From the NCBI GenBank assembly GCA_030141605.1, contig JAQGDQ010000602.1, positions 67,461 to 131,460 of the forward strand: a stretch of 64,000 nt of DNA. The letters run 5' to 3'. Below the pieces are notes generated by a model. That model did no database searches, was not told the DNA's origin, and saw only the letters and a list, made by a program, of their open reading frames with translations. Positions 24,661 through 36,769 of this stretch are shown piece after piece. Source of the stretch: Tubiluchus corallicola (taxonomy: Eukaryota; Animalia; Priapulida). The translations under genes and the position numbers were made by a program. Position 1 is the first letter of the stretch; each line of letters starts with the position of its first letter.

Positions 24661-27600
24661 TTAACAAAAGAATCCACGTGCATCTGCTCCATATAATATA
24701 TAATCCTCGCGGGTTTTCCACGCAAATTGCGGAACACCACGAATATAGCTAGCACCGATGACAACGTCCGACCTAGCGGACAGACTGTTGGCGTTACTGA
24801 CGTTGATGAAGTCCGCATCTTCCGGACACAGCGAACGGAGGTCGAACAGTAGGCGGTTTGCAAAGCCTCTTAGCTGAGTGTTTCCACCTGAAAATAAGAT
24901 AATGGTTACACAAATAGTCCATTCTGCTCACGTTTGATGACATTAAATTCTTTACCTGTTCATGACTATGAAACCTTGCCAGAAAGTCAACTCTCCTGAA
25001 TCAAGATCTGAATCTAAAGATGTCAAATTAAGAAAACGGTGCTAAATGAATAAATTTAGCAATGAGATAATGAGGTAAAATCAAGCACCACTGAACTACC
25101 TATTCACAGGTAACTTAGGAAGCTGGCGTTGCCACATAGATGCTGAGGTTTCTCGCAAACATGAACACGTATTCTTTCTTCCGTATCCGATTAAACGTTT
25201 ATGAAAATGCAACCAATGTCTCATAAGTAATGATGACTTTTCTTCGCGATGTAATAATGACACTTAATGTTTAGATGATACGACACAGTAACTTATTTTT
25301 AACGAAATAACGATACAGAGCTGCACGTGTGCAACTTCTGCATGATTTGCAATTAGTACACGTGCCAAAATTCAACATCGTGGATGGCACTGTAACATTG
25401 AAAAAGTTGTTCTAATGCGGCAGCAACATTGTGTAACAAATATATGAACGAATGACAAGATTAAGGAAAGATTCAGGTGCTAATTTTTTTTCAAAAATAT
25501 ATGAGCAGAAAAAGGGAAACAAAAAATAAAGGAGCAGAAAAGAGAAGAAAACAAAAAATATGGGAGCAGAAAAAGAGAAAGAAACAAAAATATTGGAGCA
25601 GAAAAAGTGGAGGAAATAAAAATATTGGAGCAGAAAAAGAGGAGGAAACAAAAATATGGGAGCAGAAAATTGACGAGGAAACAAAAAATATGTGAGTAGA
25701 AAAAGAGAAAGAAACAAAAAATATGGGAGCGCAAAAAGTAAAGAAACAAAAAACCCTAGTCACAGTCAACCAGTCACGGTCACAGTCATGGTCAACCAAT
25801 ACACAGTTACCTGTTAGTGTAACATTTGACAAGAGATCACGTTTGATTAATGGATAATAAGCAACCGCATCCAGTATCATTTGAGGTAACCCCAGCGTCT
25901 GATACATGCTCTCCGGTGCCATGTAAAGCTCGGTAGAAAGAGAGACTCCGTGTAGCTCTGATGATTCCCCTCCACGGCTTTCAACGTTCTTATCCTGAGA
26001 TTTCCTAAGAATTTTCAAAGTCAAAACTGTAGATCATGGTAGGAGAGTAACAACATTTGGCTCCTTGTTAACATGTAATAAGAACAGTTGTGCAATGTGG
26101 TTGATGCAGTTACATGACATCTCTACGTCCTAATGCCCATCATTAAAGGCAAAAATACTAATAAAATATAAGTAGATGTGCAAACGTCTAACTAGAAGTG
26201 TTTCAACAATTCACTCGTATTGACTCAAGCAACAGGAAAAAATACAATATAGCAGAGATTTAGGAAACACTTACATGACTGACTATACATACACATAGTT
26301 TTAGATTAATGTAAGATGCTTAAACGGCTGATTGTATGTGTATATAGTGTTTAACTTTGTGTGAGACACTTACATGGCTCAACAGATATATAGCATTTAA
26401 AGTTTGTGTGATACACTTACATGGCTGATTGTATGTATAGTGTTTTAGGTTCGTGTGAGACACTTACGTGGTTCATTATACATACATGCAGTTTCATTTA
26501 TGCAAAATGCTTACAAAATCTGATCGTAGATGTATATAGTGTTTAGCTTTGTGTGAGACGTTTACATGGCTGAACGTGTGTATAGCATTAAAAGTTTATA
26601 TGAGACATTTACATGGCTGATTATCTGTATAGTGTTCTAAGTTAGTGTAAAACACTTACGGGGTTTATTATACATACATGCAGTTTTAGATTTATTTTAG
26701 ATGCTTACATCGCTGATCGTACACGTATATAGCGTTTAGCTTTGTGTGAGACATTTACATGGCTGAACGTGTATATAGCGTTTAAAGTTTGTAAGAGACA
26801 CTTACATGGCTGATCGTACATATACTGTTTTAGCTTTGTGTGAGACATTTACATGGCTAAATGCGTATATAGCGTTTAAAGTTTGTAAGAGACACTTACA
26901 TGGCTGATCGTACATATACTGTTTTAGCTTTGTGTGAGACATTTACATGGCTGAACGTGTATATGGCATTTAAAGTTTGTAAGAGACACTTACATGGCTG
27001 ATCGTACATATACTGTTTTAGCTTTGCGTGAGACATTTACATGGCTGAACGTGTGTATAGTGTTTAAAGTTTGTAAGAGACACTTACATGGCTGATCGTA
27101 CATATACTGTTTTAGCTTTGCGTGAGAAATTTACATGGCTGAACGCGTGTATAGCGTTTAAAGTTTGTAAGAGACACTTACATGGCTGATCGTACATATA
27201 CTGTTTTAGGTTTGTGTGACTTAGATTCTTCTCGTGTGATATTGTATGCCAAATAGCACTCTGACTTGACCCTTTTAGCATCCAGACTGCCTACCGTTAC
27301 CTGTGAAAGCAAGTACATCATGTTTCACGAAATATTACAAACAAAATCAAATAGTTTATTGCATATGTTTTGTTCAGCAAGGTACACATCACGACAACAA
27401 CTAACAACAACTGTACCATAAATTCACTCACTATGGACGTTACAGAAACGAAATTTTCATTTCGGTATGACGATAATTGCACTTTCGGTTGAGTTTCGTC
27501 TTCGTCGACAATTATTAGGTTGCGTAGCCAAAACTTTTGTAGCAGTTTTTCAAAATTTTAGTCATATTTACCCAGATTACCTTTTCTTTTCTCCTAGATG

Positions 27601-30600
27601 TTAAAAATCGCTGAAAAATTTTGACTAAAATAATTCAGATAAAGTTTAACTATCGATCATTTAACTTTTTCTTCCATTTGTATCATGCTTTCTACGGCAA
27701 TGCGGGACATCTTCAGTACTGATGACTCCAGGCATAATTAACGGAAATATAAATGCATAATTTAAATAAAACTAAGCTTAATTTCATAATGTACGAAGAT
27801 ATAGGTAACTGAATATTTACAAAATAAAATTTGTCAATTTTTTTGAAGCTTTATAATATTTAATCGTACACACTGTTCAATTTTTCAGGTTAGGACTTAG
27901 CTTAGCTATTAGCCAAGCTTGTATCAGAGCAAATATAAACAACAAAGTATTTTACTTATTTCAGATTTTGTTTCAGTTTTGATAATAGTTGTTTTTTGCA
28001 ATAATAATTTCGGTTCGGTTTCGTTTCTGTATGTTTCTTATGTTTCATAAATTTCGGTTTGTAGTTTCAGTTTGATTAACATCCGTGACACTCACTACTG
28101 AACTTCTGCTGTGATCAACAATGGCAAAAATCAATGCTTATTCAATTCAATCACATATATGCATAAACAGTTACATGCCTTCTCTAGGCGATTACTAGTC
28201 TCGATGCACTGTGCCAGATACTGAGCCACGTAGTAACCGCCCACTGGCTTATGTTGAACCGTCTCCGGATTCAGGGCGTGCTTTACAATAGGAGCTACGA
28301 CGGTGTGAAAAGCTCCACTGTCCACGACTAAGCAGGTTTCTCTACCGGCGTACAGCGATATTGCACGGGGTTTCTCTATGAGACACACCCTAAAATGAAC
28401 TACACTTTAGTAAATTATATAAGAGTCGTACAGTAGTAACACATTAATGCTCCAGGTCACAAAAACACGTCATCGCAAACGTTGCGGAATGTGACGTGAA
28501 AGAAGTTTGTCTTCTTAATGGGAAGGAGAAGCTTCCTGGGATGTTAGGCCTATTTTAATGCTCCTAAAAACGTTAAAAGAATTTAGTAATAAAAGTGTGA
28601 TAAACGCTTCGTGTCATTAGTAAAATCACTTTAAAATAGCTAGGACTCCTGGGATGTTAGGCCTGTTTTAATGCTAGTGAAAAAAGTTAGAAGAATTTAA
28701 TAATAAAAGTGTGATAAACGCTTCATGTAATTAGTAAAATTACTTTAAAATAGCTAGGACGCTCCCATTTTCAATGCCCATTCTTCCATCAATGATGTCA
28801 TTCACTGGCTGTTGGTGTCAATTGCTCTTAAGATTATAAGTTTTTAAAAAAATTAGATGGCCACTTTTGTGATATTAAACGTTAGATAACTTGCAGGAAT
28901 TTGAAATAGTTTAAACAGCACGTCAGGGCCGGAACTAGATGTGGCAAGCAGGGGGGGGGGCGCAAAAATTTTCAGGGAGGGTGAGGTATCCGAAGTGGTT
29001 AAATAATGGTTAAGCCAATTTTTAACCTCTTTTATACTGCATGCAGGCCTATAATTAGCATGTGTGTAGGATGGCGTAGCGGACAGAGCAATAATGAGAA
29101 AACTAACTCTCAGTTAACCTAACTTTATTAATGTGCCTCTAACTAAATTGTTATTTACAGAAATTTATGACACACAAGTTTTAAGAAAATAATACACTGA
29201 AGCTCTTATGAAAAGTCACAAAGCCCACCAGTGCATGGCGGCCGCCATTTCGCCGGGAAATTTCTATACAACGGCAGTGTAAATTAACTTCATGCTTAAT
29301 AAAACAGTTTCTTTGCAAATTTATTTGTTATATTTTTCTAAATTTAAGTGATAGCAGTAAAATAAATCCAACACACTGAGTGACTTGTTTTTTCCTTTAG
29401 CAAACCACAAACAGTTTACGTGATAACAGTAGAATAAACCCAACATACTAACTGACTTGTTCTTTCCTTTAGCAAACCACAAACAGTTTAAGTGATAACA
29501 GTAAAATAAACCCAGCATACTGAGTGACTTGTTCTTTCCTTTAGCACACCACAAACAGTTTAAATGATGACAGTAAAATAAATCCAACACACTGAGTGAC
29601 TTGTTCTTTCCTTTAGCACACCACAAACAGTTTACGTGATAACAGTAGAATAAACCCAGCACACTGAGTGACTTGTTCTTTCCTTTAGCACAGCACAAAC
29701 AATTTAAGTGATGACAGTAAAATAAACCCAACATACTGAGTGACTTGTTCTTTCCTTTAAAGTTAATTCAAACAATTTTTTTGCAAGTTTAAGTTTTTCA
29801 TACATACTATTAAACTAGATCATCTACAAAGCTCCATGGAATCTTTGGCTTATGAAGAAAATCAGTCTTACTTTTGGTCTCAACACCAGACTACTATACG
29901 ATGTTCAAATGCTCAGTCATATAATATAGGTCAACATGTAATCTGTTTTTTTTTCATTTAATTGCAAATTACTTTATAGGAAGTTTGGGGGTTGAGCTTT
30001 GCTTCCATCATGATTTTGTGTTTTTGGCTAGCGTTGCTACGGATACACATTTTTGACATACAGCGAACACCGCATATCATCAAATATTTTCTCAAATTAA
30101 ATTCCGGATTTGGATTACAACAGAATGAGTTAGCTAAATTTGAATTGAATTTTGCATCAGTTCGGATAATGAAAATAGTAAATGTTTGCAAACTTTAGCG
30201 TTTTCATTTAGACTTAACTGATCCTAGCTAACACACTTTAGAAGCTTTTGAACAAAATGTGAAAGTAGAATAAATAAATATCTCAACAAAAAACAAAATA
30301 ATATAAATATACATCAACTTTGATGTTGCTACAATTATAAATTTATTTGTAATTCAACTCAGTGAGTTTGGCAGTTATGGAAAATCTTTAGCTACTCTAA
30401 ATGATCGTATGTTATGCGCTACCATGTGAAGATACACCATATTACCACATGCAAACGGAAAGAAACTGTGCGTAGATTTTCGTGAAACACAAACGTAGCC
30501 TAAAATGATCTCCGAGTTTTTTGGTACTATTTTATTTATTAATTTTTGACTGTTGAATTACCGTTTACAATAACACATTATGAAAACTGGATAGCAAACA

Positions 30601-33600
30601 ATTGCAAATATCGAGGTTTTGAAACTACCAAATAATATCCGATACAAACTGCGGAATCTCGCGAATATCACGACTTTCAAATTTGAAACGGATATCCATA
30701 GCATCACTAGTTGAGGCATTGTTTTCAGTTTAAGCAACGCAATCGTTATCTTAACTTGACCTTGCATTAGCGTGAAACTTGACCTTGACCTTGCCTACGA
30801 TCATTTAGAGTAGCTAAAGATTTTCCATAACTGCCAAACTCACTGAGTTGAATTACAAATAAATTTATAATTGTAGCAACATCAAAGTTGATGTATATTT
30901 ATATTATTTTGTTTTTTGTTGAGATATTTATTTATTCTACTTTCACATTTTGTTCAAAAGCTTCTAAAGTGTGTTAGCTAGGATCAGTTAAGTCTAAATG
31001 AAAACGCTTAGCGTGGAACAGTGTCAAATTAAGATTATGCTTAAAAATAACAGTACTGTTTCCATAGGGTACCCCAGTAATTACCCGCATTGTTTATTTC
31101 CTGAGCCTAATATGTCTACTCTGTTCCAACAATGAAAATACTGACATTATTTGTGATAAGATAACCATTGTTAGACAATCTAAATGCCATTTTCTGCTGT
31201 GCACTTCTACAGTAGATACCTGCTAACAAGACTATTAAACTGCTGCACTGGCAGTGCGTCAGGGTAATAGCAAGTAGGGAGATGGCAGATCAAACCATTT
31301 TTGCTGTAGGGGTGACTTACAAAAAAAAACTACGATTTCTTTACTAAGATGTTAATTACCTAGATTGAATTGTTTATTAAAATTTAAAGACCTATTTCAG
31401 GCCACTAACAAAGACACGAACAAACAGACGGTGACGTTTAGCAGCACAAAAAAGGGATAATATAGATTATTTTATTCCACTAATATCTACACTATTAATA
31501 GTGCTCAGTGCGATACTACGTATTTCTTGTGTGGGGAAAACAATAACTTTAGTGACTCACAGCTTGTGCATTCAGCCTTTCATAGCGTAATAAATTAATG
31601 TTTGTTGTTAACATAACAGTGCAGTTAGTTAAAATGTACCAGTGGTTGTTTTTATTTGTAAATATAAATCATTACAGTTTCTTCACTGCCGCTGAATCTT
31701 AACAATCGAGTACCCAACGGGTATAAGTAAAAGGGTACCTGAGTCTGATTTTTGCTACCCGTGTAAATGCTATTACCGATATCATGTAGTCAAGATAAAC
31801 TACAGATTATGCAGATTAAATCTGAATTAATTATAAAAATAATTAAGTATAGTACCAGTACTCTAACACACCTTTGCACTTTTAACTTCTCAAACAGTAT
31901 CCTGAGTAGTTCCCGTCTTGACTCACGTGAGCACAGTATAGGTTCACACATTATAACGGGAACGTTCCACACTTGCAGTTCGTCTAGGTCTCTCCGTACC
32001 TAAAATGTAAGAAAATTAAATTGTGCAAAGACGACGCGAAACACAGGATTCTTGATCAGATGAAATAAATATGATGGTATCATTCAGAAGAAGGCACAAG
32101 ACCCCGTCAGTTTAAATCTTACGGATTTTAACGACGTGTTACATTATGACAGATGCTGTCATAACTCTAATATGACATCACACATAAAAAGGGAGCATTC
32201 GGACGTTACTAGTGGATGGAAGTAGTGAAGTTGGTAGACAAAAGTGACAGAATATATTAACAAATTTTTTAGGCATATGTTAAAACACACAAGGCCTGAA
32301 AAGATTCATTGACGGACCTATCGTGAGATCTTTTATTACAATATAGGTATCGCCAAAGTGCACTTGTAGTGTGATAACCTGAGTCAAGATATTTATCAAA
32401 TTAGTACGTGCTTGATGCTATGCTAATAAAAACGACGTGAAATAATTCAAGCTGCAGCTGTAAAGCGCCAAAAACTTGTCAAATGCCATACACGAATCAG
32501 AAAATTTTTGCAAAATCAAATGCAATACATGAATAAATGAATCAGACCGTTCAAAACAACTTTTAAATGTAAAATATTGACATGTTTTGCTTTTCTGGTG
32601 GTTTACAATGCAAACAATATTCTACTCCAGGGCTGTGCAAATTGTGGCCCACCGAGAGAATTTGTGCGAAGAGATTTGTCAACCTAATGAAAGTGCGGCC
32701 CGGGTGATTAATTGAGTGTATCCAGCTGAAGTCTGTGCCACGATCCCAAAGATAGTGCGGTCAGTTTTTTCTACTAGATCGGATGCCATTAACCCTTACA
32801 AGATGGTTGTTTAGCTTAATGTCACTGTACTACACAGACTGTGTGATACACATTACTAATATGCATTGTAATGAAATTACCACTATCTGTCCTGAAAGTA
32901 GAAATATATGGTTTGTAATATAAATTTTAATAACTTCTTAAATAGTTTCTTGAGTGTAGTAGTAATGATGTACGCAGGTCGGATGCAACAAATCGTTATC
33001 AGACCTTTCTGTACTTTGCTCCTTGATCAAACTGCCTGTGGCCTGCAGGAATTGTGGAAAAATTTAATGTGTCCTGGCTAGTCAGATAATTTGCACACCC
33101 CTGTTCTACACATTATACATGTGATGATTGATGATGATGATTGATGAAACATGTCAATATTTATTATCAACGGCTTCATCTAGTTTTTTATAAAATCTTA
33201 AAACGTCAACTCAGGAGTATCGTGACACGTAACATAGACCGGGATCTAGGTGTATAATTACCACCCTAAAATACACATCATTAAAACAGCATCACGTGAA
33301 CGGAACCAACATTACCATAGACATGAGATGTCGAATAAAGAACTCCATGACTGCCGGATGACGAATGCCGTATTGAGTAATCGGGGGAATTAGTTTGAAC
33401 TGATATGATGTTTCGGAGTCTTTAGAAATAATCTCCATTTCTTCCTGAACCTGGAAACGACAAGCCACTGTTAGTCTTTGAAATTTCCAACAAACAAAAA
33501 TCAATTTTTCACTAAAATTTGATTAGACATTAAAATGAAATTCCTTTTAGACAAAACAAGTTCAGTTATTCAATCTTGATGAATTTTTTATGTAAAATAA

Positions 33601-36600
33601 AATGTTACATCATTCAAAAACTTTCGGCTTTTCGGCTAGCTTCATTCATGTGCATGTGCAATTTTGCTTGTACCAGCTTGCATAATCGTAAATTTATTTT
33701 AAGATACAGGTTACCGTTGACTTACGATTGTTCAACTTTACGAATTACTCAATTAATTAATTGCACAAAACTAATAATGACTCAATTTTCCTTCCTTTTG
33801 GAGTAAATGAATTTTAAATCTGTTTCGATAAATTCATCCACAGGCGTCGACATACTTAGTGTGTTGTACACACACAACTTTTTATGTGTATGGGTGCACC
33901 ACATGAAAATACGTGTCCGACTTGTGTCCAAGTCCGCGGGAACAGATTGAGGTCAGAGACTACCTACTAAAAATCGATTTATCAGTTTTTTGCAGCGGAG
34001 TATTAAATCCTGAAAGCTGGCTGCACACCACATGCAAAAGTAAACTAATAGGGCTAGAGTGAGCTAACTCATAAATTTGTCATTGTTACTTACTGAATGC
34101 AAACTAACATAATTTCTGATTGGCAATTCATGTTCGGCTGTATCGACATCCACCGAGGCTTGCCGAGGAACCTGAAAACCAACAATGTCTTCTATTTCTT
34201 CATCTACCATGGCATTGTTTCCATCATCGTCGTCGTCATCGACAACGATGATGTTTTCTAGCACGGTCTTTGGAGAGGTGGCTCTGCGATCGAGCAATTC
34301 GTCGTAATATGCGTCGCAAAGAGGCATGCGGTCCCCGCTTCTGCAAAAGAAACATTCCGGAACGATCGGCAAGTTCCGACTGCTCCTTGGATCGGATATG
34401 TTCTCCGGAAGCTTCGGGCAGGCAACCAGAGACGGATGTGTCCTCAACACCATACGATCCTGTTCTTCATCTATGTACTTCGCCCAGGAAGTCTTACCTC
34501 CAAAGTCTAACACGAAAGCAAATTTCCAATTGACAATGCAGTCGATATCACAGAGTTGTTTATCGCACGCTGAACATCGCCATGCGTGTACGGTCGTGCC
34601 TCGATACACGCACCACAGTCGCCTTACCGCATCACGGTAACAACGAACGCAAGCAAAACTGTTGTGTGGAATTTCTATACCTTTAGCATCAGAAAAATGT
34701 ACAAACTTTTTCTTCCTAAACAAAAAACAGAGACTGTTAGTGGAACAGCATTTCAACAGTACACAAAATAACAATATAGACTCAAAGTCACCACAGGTCT
34801 GGACTAGCCCATGTGGAATTATGGCGACATTGTATGAAATTAAGCAGCGATATTTGACAATCTCTTCCATCAAAGAACTTCAGTCGTTTACTAGGTAAGA
34901 TAAGAAAACGGAAGTATCTTGGAACACTATTATTAAGCTCATGCAACTGTACAAACTTTCATCAAGAAGGCATAGAATTAGATGATCTTCCCGAACTCCA
35001 GGAAGACATAAATGATCTTCCTGAAGTTTCCAACAATGGCAAGCCTGTTTGCAGATGACACTAAAATAGGGAAAAGCATACTGCCTGGATGATTTTGAGG
35101 TCATGCAGAATAATATTAACTATGCTGACCAATGGTGTCGCCAATGGCAAATGGAATTGAACACCGAAAAATGTAATCTCCTGACTATTGGAAGGCATGA
35201 TATTGCAGGTCGTACATATAAAATGGCACATGGACAAAGTTCTAAAGAAGTCACAAAAGAAAAATATCTGGGTATCACCATAGACAGTAAGCTTAATTTT
35301 CAAGCACATATATTCAATGTTGTTAATAAAGCACATGGAAGACTGACTTTAATCAAACGTAGTTTCTCTTATCTTGACAGATATATGGTGACCAAACTAT
35401 ATAAATCAATGGTTTGTCCTATCTTGAATTAAATCATCAAGACATGATAAGGAAAATTGAAAGTGTACAACGTCGAGCTCCTAGACTCGTACCTGCTATT
35501 TCTCATTTACCATATGCTGCAAGACTTAAGATTCTGGGCCATTCAACTCTGAAGTACAGATGCAAAAGGCAAGATTTAATTCAAACGTTTCACACCATTA
35601 AAGGTATAGAAACCATCAACAGCGAAATATTTTTCCATCAACAGACATACCATGGTACCAGAGGTCACTCCTACAAAATCAAGAAGAGAACAGTTCCCCA
35701 AAGGCGGAGTAGACGGAGGTTCACATTAGCAAGACGAGTAATTAATGAGTGGAATACGCTGCGTGACACTGTAGTTCAAGCCTCCAATCCTGCTCAGTTT
35801 AAGTCTCATCTCAATAGACACTGGAAATGCAATCCTGAAAAATATATAGACCCCAGTTTGCCACAATGGCAACAAGAAACCTTGTGCTAAGCTTCATGAT
35901 CACAGTGTGGCCACCTATTTTGTTCACTTTTTATGTATTAACAAAGTAAACAAGGAAAAGTGGAGAGGTCCATAAGCTATTTATGCTTAACCTCCATCGT
36001 TCGACGGCAATGATAACGGTAAAAGACTCATGAAAACAAAGCTTCACAGATGTTTACTCTGATGAATTTAACCACAGTAAAATCAACATCTACACAGGGC
36101 ATTACATAAGTGCATTGTTTGTTTGGATGGAATGTTTTTTTTCCACTGATTGTCTAATTAAGATTTCTTACACAACAGTCAATTTGAAAAACATGTTATT
36201 AGTAATAACTCAATCACCAGAGAGACACAGAACTAAAAGTAAGCCAAGAAATAGACATCAAGATTATTGACAGTTTCTACAAAATGTTCAGATACAAATC
36301 TGTTGTTCTCACTACTGCAATGACACCTGGAATTCGTTGTCAGAAAATGCAATGAGAGTTGAACAAAGGACAAATTTTAAACATAAACTCATGGTAAATA
36401 CTTATTGTTATGCAAAACTTGATAAACACTAAGAAACCTGTATACTGCGAAGTGGCATACTGGGCCATTAACCATGCCACTATACAAATACAAAAAGCCA
36501 TTTAGAGCTAGTAAAGATTCACAATTTGTGAACCACAAAATAGTAAGAAGTCCATGACAATTTAATAACGCTAGCTAAACTAAAGACGAGACGACCGAGT

Positions 36601-36769
36601 TAGCGTGTTCAGTGCTCGTTAGTTCAACATACCAAACAAAATCCGACTGTAAATTGTCACGAAACACTTTACACGTTATAGATAATCTACAAAGAGATTT
36701 TACGTCACAGTAAGTAAAAATCTTCAATAATAATTCCACAGGTAAGTTTTGCAAATTTAAATCAGCCAT
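24661..36769 (-). CDS. F-box + Cys-rich + actin-fold (actin-related) fusion protein, about 590 aa
   Basis: Exons 36769-36633, 34715-34094, 33450-33316, 31999-31872, 28389-28179, 27300-27182, 26004-25811 and 24887-24661. Phases are consistent (1773 nt). F-box LQNLPVELLLKIFTYCDVKSLCRLSITCKVFR...VWK. Collinear actin motifs VLDFGG, HPSLVACP, PVIMCEP...RELLRILFE, SLYAGRETCLVVDSG, VGG, RDLLSNVTLTGGNTQLRGFANRL, IGAS and WKTREDY..YG. Confidence 0.88.
25492..25753. repeat. A-rich degenerate minisatellite (about 32-33-bp unit x about 8)
   Basis: Repeated AAAAATATGGGAGCAGAAAAAGAGAAAGAAAC in the last intron of the F-box-actin gene. Confidence 0.85.
26268..27220 (-). repeat. 47-bp minisatellite (about 20 units, 94-bp dimeric order) built from the exon 6 end plus its splice donor
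   Basis: Minus-strand unit ...AAAACAGTATATGTACGATCAGCCAT|GTAAGT alternates with a ...CAGCCAT|GTAAAT variant. The first unit is the coding end of exon 6. Confidence 0.92.
28533..28760. repeat. Tandem duplication, about 113 bp x 2
   Basis: TCCTGGGATGTTAGGCCT...TAAAATAGCTAGGAC occurs twice. Confidence 0.8.
29340..29760. repeat. 72-bp minisatellite x about 6
   Basis: Repeated ACTGAGTGACTTGTTCTTTCCTTTAGCACACCACAAACAGTTTAAGTGATAACAGTAAAATAAACCC. Confidence 0.9.
30197..31008. repeat. 213-bp inverted repeat with a 386-bp spacer
   Basis: 30197-30409 is the reverse complement of 30796-31008, with no mismatch found by eye. Confidence 0.92.
32628..33103 (+). mobile_element. hAT (Charlie-like) MITE, older copy
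   Basis: CAGGGCTGTGCAAATT...AATTTGCACACCCCTG. TSD TTCTACTC / TTCTACAC. Same family as 57147-57577. Confidence 0.85.
34800..36025 (+). mobile_element. 5'-truncated CR1-type LINE fragment, antisense in intron 1 of the F-box-actin gene
   Basis: LFADDTKIG, WQMELNTEKC, EKYLGITIDSKLNF, KIESVQRRA and TRGHSYKI. Frameshifted. Confidence 0.85.

Noticed and set aside
26268-27220. Array of cassette micro-exons (Dscam-like diversity)
   Set aside because: Units have donors, but the internal AG (AAAACAG) has no pyrimidine tract and the implied introns would be under 30 nt.
6009-36769. ARRDC (NEDD4 adaptor) and the F-box gene as a functional ubiquitin cluster
   Set aside because: Convergent neighbours 9 kb apart with no shared regulatory evidence. 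Adjacency alone is not informative in an animal genome.
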